The notes under the pieces: generated by a model
What the model was told of the DNA's origin: nothing
Database searches by the model: none
The model's input: the letters and a program-made list of their open reading frames with translations, nothing else
Position numbers and translations under genes: made by a program
Source: Armatimonadota bacterium
Lineage (GTDB): Bacteria > Sysuimicrobiota > Sysuimicrobiia > Sysuimicrobiales > Humicultoraceae
Direction of reading: 5' to 3'
Assembly (NCBI GenBank): GCA_052386995.1
Contig: JBQTJP010000216.1
Span: forward strand, 1-34,395
Length of the DNA stretch: 34,395 nucleotides
Part shown: piece after piece, positions 28,299 through 34,395 of the stretch
How the letters are laid out: each line of letters begins with the position of its first letter
Position numbering within the stretch: position 1 is the first letter of the stretch

Positions 28299-28558
28299 TC
28301 GAGATCGCGATCTTTGTCGCCGCGGCCCTCATCGCGCTGTATCTCCTCCAGCCCGCGATGCGCCGCACGGCCGTGCCGGCGAGCGATACGCGCACCGCAC
28401 TGGAGGCCGGACGGTCGGCGGCGCTGCGGGCGCTGCACGACCTCGACCTCGATCGGGCGACAGGCAAACTCTCCGATGAGGACTACCGGACGCAGCGGGC
28501 TGTGCTGGAGGCGGAAGCGGCGGCGATTGGTCGGCGCCTGGCCGCGGAGGATCGATGA
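28295..28558 (+). CDS. Small membrane protein resembling the N-terminal (TM + helical) segment of CcmI/CycH
   Basis: MIEIAIFVAAALIALYLLQP...ALHDLDLDRATGKLSDEDY. Coupled to ccmF (GTGA) and to the next gene (ATGA). Confidence 0.65.
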   Translation: MIEIAIFVAAALIALYLLQPAMRRTAVPASDTRTALEAGRSAALRALHDLDLDRATGKLSDEDYRTQRAVLEAEAAAIGRRLAAEDR

Positions 28559-29271
28559 AGCCCGCACGCACACGCGCCGTGGTTTGGGCGGCCGCGGCGT
28601 CGATCATGTGTGCCGCTGCGGGCGGCCGCATCGCGGCCGCCGGGGGACCCTCCCAACCCCCGGCACGGACGCGGGGAGCCGGCCCTCCGGCCGCGGTAGT
28701 GCTGGGCATCGGCATCGAACCGTATCCGGGCTACGTCCGCGTGTCCGAAGTGCTGCATCTCGAGAACTCATCGACTCGCGTGTTTTCAGGCGACATCGCA
28801 ATTCCGATTCCGGCGTCCGCACGCTTCCTCACGTACCACGAAGGCCTGTTCAGTCCTCGCGTGGAGTCCGACCGCGTCGTCGACCGGATGACTCTTGGGC
28901 CGGGCGCCCATCGCGTCGTCTACGCATACAGTGTGGTCGGCTCGGGCACCGTCAATCTCGACCGGCCGGCCACGATGCCGATCGAGCGGGTCGACGTGCT
29001 CACGCTTGCGCCGGCGGGGATCCGCTCGGACCGCCTCACCACCGCGCCATCCGTGTCGCTGCGGGGGCGGACGTACTTCCGCGCTTCCGGAGCCGTGACC
29101 GCGCCCGGCACCTTCGCACTGTCCGTCACCGGAGTCCCGGCGGTGCGGCGCTGGCCCGCGCCCGCGGCCGCAGCGACGCTGGGAGCCATTTTGTTGATTG
29201 GCCTTGCGGTGGCGATGGTGCGGGGAGGAGTTGGCGGCACATCGTGGAAACGCTTCCAGCGTTCACGATGA
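28555..29271 (+). CDS. Hypothetical exported beta-rich protein with C-terminal TM anchor
   Basis: Signal-like N-terminus, beta-strand-rich body and hydrophobic C-terminal helix. ATGA overlaps at both ends. Confidence 0.7.
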   Translation: MKPARTRAVVWAAAASIMCAAAGGRIAAAGGPSQPPARTRGAGPPAAVVLGIGIEPYPGYVRVSEVLHLENSSTRVFSGDIAIPIPASARFLTYHEGLFSPRVESDRVVDRMTLGPGAHRVVYAYSVVGSGTVNLDRPATMPIERVDVLTLAPAGIRSDRLTTAPSVSLRGRTYFRASGAVTAPGTFALSVTGVPAVRRWPAPAAAATLGAILLIGLAVAMVRGGVGGTSWKRFQRSR

Positions 29272-30170
29272 ACATCGGTTCCCTTCGCAAGGTCGCGCGC
29301 ATCGTTGCGCTGATCACGGTGACCGCCGCGACCGCCGGCTGCCAGCCGACGGTGCTGGTCCGCGGTCCGGCGTCCGCGCCCGGAGCGGGTCTCTCTCAGG
29401 CCCCGCGGCCCACGCCGTTGGTGCCGGTCAATCCGCGGCCGTCCGCCGAGCGCGGCCGGGTGATCTTCGAGCGGCAGTGCGCGGTCTGCCACGGCGTCGA
29501 AGGCTTGGGCAACGGGCCTGCGGCGGCGGGCCTGGTCTCGCCGCAGAAGAATCCCATGACGGATTTCTTCAGGATGATCGGGATGCGCGTCCGTGGCGAG
29601 CGCCTGCCGTCGCGGCCGGCGAACTTCCACAACCAGGTCGCGATGCGCCTCAACGCGCCGTTCGTGCTGTTCGAGACGGTCAGGTTGGGACGCCCCCATA
29701 CCGCGATGCCGGCTTTCGGCCCCAAGCCGGGCTACGGCGCCAACAAGGGATCGCCGACGCTGCGGGATCGAGAGATCTGGGACGCGGTGAACTACGTGTG
29801 GACCTTCTCCACGACGCCGGCGGCGATCGCGGCGGCCAAGGAAATCTACCAGACCCGCGCCATCGACATCGGCGGCCGCTCGGCCACCTGCGCCGACTGT
29901 CACGGCACCGCCGGAGACGGGCGCGGCGGGGCGCTCAGCGCGGAGATGGGCGCGAAGGCTTGGGGGTGGACGCGCCAGATCGGCCCGGGAATCTTCACCG
30001 ACGCCAACCTGTTCGCGCAGCGGAAGCCGTCCGAGCTCTTTCAGCGCATTGCCGACGGACGAGGGTTGATGCCGTCGTATCGCGGCAAGCTCAAAGAAGA
30101 CGAGATCTGGGCGCTGGTGGACTACGTGCGGACATTCATGTGGGAGTACAGACCGGCCCGGGGACAGTGA
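29268..30170 (+). CDS. Diheme class I cytochrome c lipoprotein
   Basis: Lipobox-like TAG-C after a basic/hydrophobic signal. CAVCH...TAMPAF and CADCH...LMPSY give two His/Met-type domains. ATG 29268 is in frame with track ORF 28314..30170. Confidence 0.9.
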   Translation: MNIGSLRKVARIVALITVTAATAGCQPTVLVRGPASAPGAGLSQAPRPTPLVPVNPRPSAERGRVIFERQCAVCHGVEGLGNGPAAAGLVSPQKNPMTDFFRMIGMRVRGERLPSRPANFHNQVAMRLNAPFVLFETVRLGRPHTAMPAFGPKPGYGANKGSPTLRDREIWDAVNYVWTFSTTPAAIAAAKEIYQTRAIDIGGRSATCADCHGTAGDGRGGALSAEMGAKAWGWTRQIGPGIFTDANLFAQRKPSELFQRIADGRGLMPSYRGKLKEDEIWALVDYVRTFMWEYRPARGQ

Positions 30171-30215
30171 CACAGCTTCCGGACAGCACGCGGGCCCGGC
30201 GCGCGGCCGGGTCAT

Positions 30216-30244
30216 TTTACGAATCGGCCGGCGTCGTGTATTCT
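30216..30244 (+). promoter_or_regulatory. Putative promoter for the Rieske/cytochrome b operon
   Basis: TTTACG-17-TATTCT followed by RBS AGGAGG (30251-30256). Preceded by a GC hairpin (CCCGGC-gcgcg-GCCGGG) at about 30195-30211. Confidence 0.45.
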
Positions 30245-30269
30245 GAGCTTAGGAGGGTTGCTTCGGTTC

Positions 30270-30932
30270 ATGGCGCTGCGTGCACCGTATAATCGCCGGC
30301 GGTTCCTCAAGCTCGCGGCCGCCCTGCCGTTGACGGCGGGGCTCGTGGCGTTTGGGTCGCCGCTGCTGCGGTTTCTCAAGCCGAACGTCGAGCCGTTCAA
30401 ACTGCTCACGCCGACCTCAAACGACCCGCCGGTCGGCGAGCCGGTCATGGCCGCGACGCTGTCGGAGATCCCCAAACCCTGGGACTTCAAGTATTTCGTC
30501 TACACGCAGAAGTATCCGCAGTACACGCCGGACGGATTCAAGAGCGCGGCGGTGCCCGGGGTCGTGATCCGGCTGCCCAACAGGATTCCGCTGCCGTGGG
30601 GATGGGTGCGGGCGACCGGGGAGAATCCGCAGTTCACCGAGAGCGAGATCATCGTCTTCTCCCGCATCTGCCCGCACCTGGGCTGTATCTACAACTTCGT
30701 GGGCGACTGGCGCGAGATCACCGCGGGCTACGGCGGGTACGTGCCGCCGAAGGACCGGCAGCACGCGCTGATGGGGTGCCCCTGCCATCTGAGCATCTAC
30801 GATCCCGCCGATCCCAAGCAGCCGGGACGGGTGCTCTCCGGGCCTGCCCCGCGGCCGCCGCGGACGTTCTTCTACGAGATCAGCGGGGAGAAGATCCTGG
30901 TCCGCCGGGTAGAGCCCGGGGGCATCGCGTAG
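30270..30932 (+). CDS. Rieske [2Fe-2S] protein with Tat signal/anchor (QcrA/PetC-like)
   Basis: Tat motif NRRRFLK, box 1 CPHLGC, box 2 CPCHLSIY and proline loop GPAPRP. Alternative start TTG 30258. Confidence 0.93.
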   Translation: MALRAPYNRRRFLKLAAALPLTAGLVAFGSPLLRFLKPNVEPFKLLTPTSNDPPVGEPVMAATLSEIPKPWDFKYFVYTQKYPQYTPDGFKSAAVPGVVIRLPNRIPLPWGWVRATGENPQFTESEIIVFSRICPHLGCIYNFVGDWREITAGYGGYVPPKDRQHALMGCPCHLSIYDPADPKQPGRVLSGPAPRPPRTFFYEISGEKILVRRVEPGGIA

Positions 30933-30962
30933 GCCCGCACGGGTAGAACGGGGAGAGACGCC

Positions 30963-32156
30963 GTGGCCCTGGCCCTGGACACCCTGCGTGAGTGGTACCG
31001 CGACCGGCGCTCGCGCCTGGACCTGTTCGATGAGACATTGGTCAGCCAGCAGTCCAACCCGCTGTTCCTGCTGGGCCCGATGCTCTACTATTTCTGGCTC
31101 GTCACCGTCGTCAGCGGCGTCATCCTGATGTTCTGGTACGAGCCGACGGTGACCGGCGCGTACGAATCCATTCTGCACATCCAGCATGAGGTGCCGCTGG
31201 GGTGGCTAGTCCGGGGCGTGCACAAGTACGCCGCCGACGGGTTGATCATCACCATCATCCTGCGGATCTACCGGCAGTACTTCCTGGCCGAGTACAAGAA
31301 GCCCGGCGAGCTCACGTGGGTCTGGTCCTTCCTCGGCCTGGTCCTGGCGATGATCTCCGGGATCACCGGCTACCTGCTGATCTGGAACCAGCGGGCGTTC
31401 TGGGCGGCGAAGACGGTGCTGTCCGTGCCGGTGTACTTCGATGAGCTGACGGCGAAGATTCCGGTGATCGGTGAGCAGTTCAACGTGGGCTCGATGATCG
31501 CGTTCCTGTTTCTGGGTGGTCCGGCGGTCGGCGCGGCGACCATCACGCGATTCTACGCGCTGCACTTTGGGATCTCGCTGGTGCTCTTGATCGTCGCCGA
31601 GGTCTTTTACTATCGTACGCGCCGCGTGCGGCTCAACATATCGCTGTTTCCGATCCTGCTGTTCACCGCGATGCTGATCTTCATCAGCCACCCGGATGTG
31701 CTCCCTGCCGAACTGGGCCGGCGGGCGGATCCCAACCGGACGCCGCTGCCCATCCTCTCGGACTGGTACTTCCTGGCGCTCTACCAGTATGTGAAATACA
31801 CGCCGCCATTGTGGGCCGGGCTGGGCCCGGGTCTCCTGATCGGCTTTGGGATGTTCTTGCCGTTCTTCGATCGCAGCAAGGGCCGCCGGCCGCTGGAGCG
31901 ACCGTTCTTTTTCGTGGTCGGCGTGCTGGCGCTGATCTACTTCCTCGTGTTTACGACGCTGATCCTGTTCAACATCGCGGTCATCGAGCGTGAGCCGCCG
32001 CTGGTGCTGCTGACCACCTGCATCGTTCTCGCGGGCGCGTTCGTGTGGGAAGTGCGCCATCGACGCCGGCGTGCGCGGGTGGGGGAGCCCGCGGGTGCGC
32101 CGAGCGTGGCGAGGCCCGCGCCGGCGGCCGCGCATGGCAGCGCGGGGCACTCGTAG
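30963..32156 (+). CDS. Cytochrome b paralogue 1 (b6 + subunit IV-like, fused); bL ligands only, Qo-like SDWYF motif
   Basis: SGVILMFWYEP, AYESI, VRGVHKY (H87), GYLLIWNQRAFWA, TRFYALH (H201), ADPNRTP.PILSDWYF and LPFFDRS. Confidence 0.92.
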   Translation: MALALDTLREWYRDRRSRLDLFDETLVSQQSNPLFLLGPMLYYFWLVTVVSGVILMFWYEPTVTGAYESILHIQHEVPLGWLVRGVHKYAADGLIITIILRIYRQYFLAEYKKPGELTWVWSFLGLVLAMISGITGYLLIWNQRAFWAAKTVLSVPVYFDELTAKIPVIGEQFNVGSMIAFLFLGGPAVGAATITRFYALHFGISLVLLIVAEVFYYRTRRVRLNISLFPILLFTAMLIFISHPDVLPAELGRRADPNRTPLPILSDWYFLALYQYVKYTPPLWAGLGPGLLIGFGMFLPFFDRSKGRRPLERPFFFVVGVLALIYFLVFTTLILFNIAVIEREPPLVLLTTCIVLAGAFVWEVRHRRRRARVGEPAGAPSVARPAPAAAHGSAGHS

Positions 32157-32158
32157 TC

Positions 32159-32461
32159 GTGCGTATGCTGCTCTCGTGGGCGATGTTCGGGGCGGCCGTC
32201 GTGTCGTTCTCCCGCCTCTGGCAGGGTATCAGGGGTGCGCTGGAGGGCCAGCGCCTGTACGGGCCGGTCGAGGCACTCGCATGGATGGGGCTGTTCCTGT
32301 CGAGCATGGCGTACCTGGCGTTCGTGCTCTATTCTGCCGATCGAGCGTCCGGACGCACGAAGCGGCGCATCGCGCTCTTCGATCGGCTGATCGACCGGCA
32401 ACGGACGTCGCGCCGGCAGCGGCCTCACGAGCAGAGTGGGGGTATCGCGGCCCGTGAATGA
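32159..32461 (+). CDS. Small 2-TM membrane protein, hypothetical
   Basis: Starts 2 nt after the cytochrome b-1 stop (GTG 32159 or ATG 32165). Two hydrophobic helices and a basic tail. Confidence 0.7.
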   Translation: MRMLLSWAMFGAAVVSFSRLWQGIRGALEGQRLYGPVEALAWMGLFLSSMAYLAFVLYSADRASGRTKRRIALFDRLIDRQRTSRRQRPHEQSGGIAARE

Positions 32462-32723
32462 CCCTCGTGACCGCTACGCACTCGGGGTGTTTGCGCTCGG
32501 GGTCATCGGCGTCCTGTGCGCGGTCGTGATCGTGCTCGGCGAAGCCCGGGGAGGGCCGGGTGAGGCTCAATGGTACTGGCTGCTCGGCGGTGCGGCCCTG
32601 GGGATGATCTTCGTCGTCTACGGTCTGATCCTGCTGCTGCTGCGCAAGATGGGGATGATCGGTCCGCGCCGCGCGGAGGCCGAGGATGACCTTCGTGGCC
32701 GGTGGACGAAGCCGGTGCCGTAG
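32454..32723 (+). CDS. Small 2-TM membrane protein, hypothetical
   Basis: MNDPRDRYALGVFALGVIGVLCAVVIVLG...WYWLLGGAALGMIFVVYGLILLLLRK. Overlaps the previous stop. Confidence 0.7.
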   Translation: MNDPRDRYALGVFALGVIGVLCAVVIVLGEARGGPGEAQWYWLLGGAALGMIFVVYGLILLLLRKMGMIGPRRAEAEDDLRGRWTKPVP

Positions 32724-32764
32724 CGCCGGCACCGGATGACACAACGAATGAGCGGAGGGATGGA

Positions 32765-33922
32765 GTGTATCGTCGCGCGCTGACCGCTTTGCTGCGGGCC
32801 ACGCTGCGTCTCGACGTGGCGATCAACCGTATCTATCCGACCGACCTCAACCCCCTCTACTATACGGGCGGCCTGACCAATCTCTTCCTGTTCATCCTGG
32901 TGGTCTCGGGCATCTTTCTCTTCCTCTACTATGTTCCGAGCCTGACCGGAGCGCACGACTCGATCAGGTACCTGACCGAGAAGGTGCCCTACGGCGGCCT
33001 CATACGCGGGATCCATCGGTACGCGGGAGACGCCTTCTTCGTGGCGGCGCTGCTCCATCTCTTCCGCAACTGGTTCACCGACCGCTACCTGATCGCGCGC
33101 GACAGTCCCTGGATCTCGGGGATGTTCATGCTGTTGTTTGGGGGGTTCGTGGGGGTCACGGGGTACATTTTGGTCTGGGATGATCGCGGCCTGGCGGTGC
33201 TCGCCATCCTCGACACGCTCGTCCGGGCAGTTCCCGCGTTTGGCGGCGTGTTCGGCGAACTGCTGATCGGCGGCGGGGGCGTCGGCGAAGGGACGTTGCC
33301 CCGCATCCTGCTGCTGCACGTGGGTCCCGCATCTGTGCTCTACGCGCTCCTCTGGTGGCACTATGTGCGGCTGCGCCATCCGAAGATCTGGCCGCCCGCC
33401 ACCTGGGTACTCGTGGGTCTCGGCCTGGTCGTCGGGTGTGCGGCCGTGATCCCCGCGGTCAGCGGCACGCCCGCGGAGCCCGGAACGAGACCGGGTGCCA
33501 TCCCGCTCGACGTCTTCTTCTTGCTGCCGGTCTGGCTGGCGACCGTCGTGCCTCCCGTGGTCGTGGTGGTGCTTCTGGGCGCGCTCTTTGCGCTGGGATT
33601 TGTCATCCCGTACGTGTGGCGGGAGCCGCCTCAGGAGATGGGCGTGCGCCACGCCGGCGTCGCACAGGTCATCGACGGTAACTGCACCGGGTGTGAGCTC
33701 TGCTATTATGACTGCCCCTACAACGCGATCGTGATGGCGCCGTCACCCTATCCCGGACTGTCCCGGGCCGCGGCCAGCCGCAAGCTGCTGGCGATCGTGC
33801 TCGACTCGCGGTGCGTCGAATGCGGCATCTGCATCGGCGCCTGCCCCTTCGAGGCCCTCGAGCTGCCGGGTTTCCTGGAAACCGACGTCACGCGACGCGT
33901 GGCGGAGGCGGTGCGGGCATGA
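32765..33922 (+). CDS. Cytochrome b paralogue 2 (four His ligands) fused to a C-terminal 2x[4Fe-4S] ferredoxin domain
   Basis: NPLYYTGG, IRGIH-x13-HLFR and LLLH-x13-HY, then CTGCELCYYDCP and CVECGICIGACP. GTG 32765 follows GGAGG; the track start 32702 is also possible. Confidence 0.92.
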   Translation: MYRRALTALLRATLRLDVAINRIYPTDLNPLYYTGGLTNLFLFILVVSGIFLFLYYVPSLTGAHDSIRYLTEKVPYGGLIRGIHRYAGDAFFVAALLHLFRNWFTDRYLIARDSPWISGMFMLLFGGFVGVTGYILVWDDRGLAVLAILDTLVRAVPAFGGVFGELLIGGGGVGEGTLPRILLLHVGPASVLYALLWWHYVRLRHPKIWPPATWVLVGLGLVVGCAAVIPAVSGTPAEPGTRPGAIPLDVFFLLPVWLATVVPPVVVVVLLGALFALGFVIPYVWREPPQEMGVRHAGVAQVIDGNCTGCELCYYDCPYNAIVMAPSPYPGLSRAAASRKLLAIVLDSRCVECGICIGACPFEALELPGFLETDVTRRVAEAVRA

Positions 33923-34395
33923 CCCCGAAGGTCGTCGGTTTTGTATGCGACTGGGCGGTGGCGACCGCGGGCATCACCGATGCCGCCGGGCGTCTGAAGG
34001 CGCACCCGTCGGTCACGATCATTAGGATTCCCTGCTCGGGATTCATCCGCCCCTCGTGGCTCGAGGACACGTTGAAAGCGGGCGCCGATGGCGTGTTCGT
34101 CGTCGGATGTCCCTATGGCGACTGTCTCAACCGCGAAGGCAACTATCTGATGCGCGATCGCGTCGATCAGCTGCAGCGCAGGCTGGCGCGCCGGAAAGTC
34201 GACCCCGCACGCCTGACCATGCTGGACTACGGCCTCCACGACGTCGAGGCGTTCCTCGCCGAGGTTGGCGCGATCATCGAGCGGCTCGCGCACATCGCCC
34301 CGCAGGCGGCGCCTGCCCGCCCCGCCGGTGCCCCACCGGCGACGGGCGCGCGTCCGCCGGCTCAAACGGTTCCGGCAGAGGAGAAGACGTCATGA
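33919..34395 (+). CDS. MvhD/FlpD-family [2Fe-2S] protein (hydrogenase iron-sulfur subunit delta-like)
   Basis: KVVGFVCDW, IIRIPCSG and GADGVFVVGCPYGDCLNREGN supply the four-Cys MvhD pattern. ATGA-coupled to cytochrome b-2; stop at 34393-34395. Confidence 0.9.
   Translation: MTPKVVGFVCDWAVATAGITDAAGRLKAHPSVTIIRIPCSGFIRPSWLEDTLKAGADGVFVVGCPYGDCLNREGNYLMRDRVDQLQRRLARRKVDPARLTMLDYGLHDVEAFLAEVGAIIERLAHIAPQAAPARPAGAPPATGARPPAQTVPAEEKTS

Noticed and set aside
30963..32156. Calling cytochrome b-1 a pseudogene because heme ligands are missing
   Set aside because: The ORF is full length with no stops or frameshifts, and the losses are confined to the bH pocket while bL and Qo features remain.
33919..34395. 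Reading the MvhD-like gene as evidence of a hydrogenase or methanogen-type Hdr complex
   Set aside because: No NiFe large or small subunit and no HdrABC gene is in the window. MvhD is only an electron-relay module.
1..34395. CRISPR arrays, tRNA/rRNA genes, transposases, integrases, prophage genes
   Set aside because: None seen. The window is almost fully tiled by protein-coding genes, with short spacers and no periodic repeats.

Overview
High-GC bacterial chromosomal segment with no phage, IS, CRISPR, rRNA or tRNA that I can see. Gene content and a GAAC-N4-GTTC SOS box suggest a Terrabacteria-type organism; this is inference only. Left to right it holds: (1) a cyclase-like/STAND ATPase/TPR gene running off the left edge, a small orphan ORF and an NADPH-dependent FMN reductase; (2) proBA, divergent from a class A PBP; (3) the housekeeping run yebC-[Phd/VapC toxin-antitoxin insertion]-ruvCAB-DUF2905-like-spoIID/lytB-queA-[hypothetical, gdhA]-tgt-yajC-HD hydrolase; (4) a GT2 / BshB1-like deacetylase / distant BshC-like trio; (5) a System I cytochrome c maturation cluster with a MauG/BthA-type diheme enzyme inserted between ccmB and ccmC; (6) a non-canonical Rieske/cytochrome b locus. 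Block 6 is the most interesting. It encodes a diheme cytochrome c lipoprotein, a Tat Rieske protein and two complementary cytochrome b paralogues. The first keeps a Qo-like motif and the bL ligands but has lost both bH histidines. The second keeps all four histidines, lacks the Qo motif and is fused to a 2x[4Fe-4S] ferredoxin. A coupled MvhD/FlpD-type [2Fe-2S] gene follows, and the operon continues past the window. This suggests an asymmetric quinol-bifurcating complex wired to the cytoplasm. All family calls come from motif recognition; no database searches were run.
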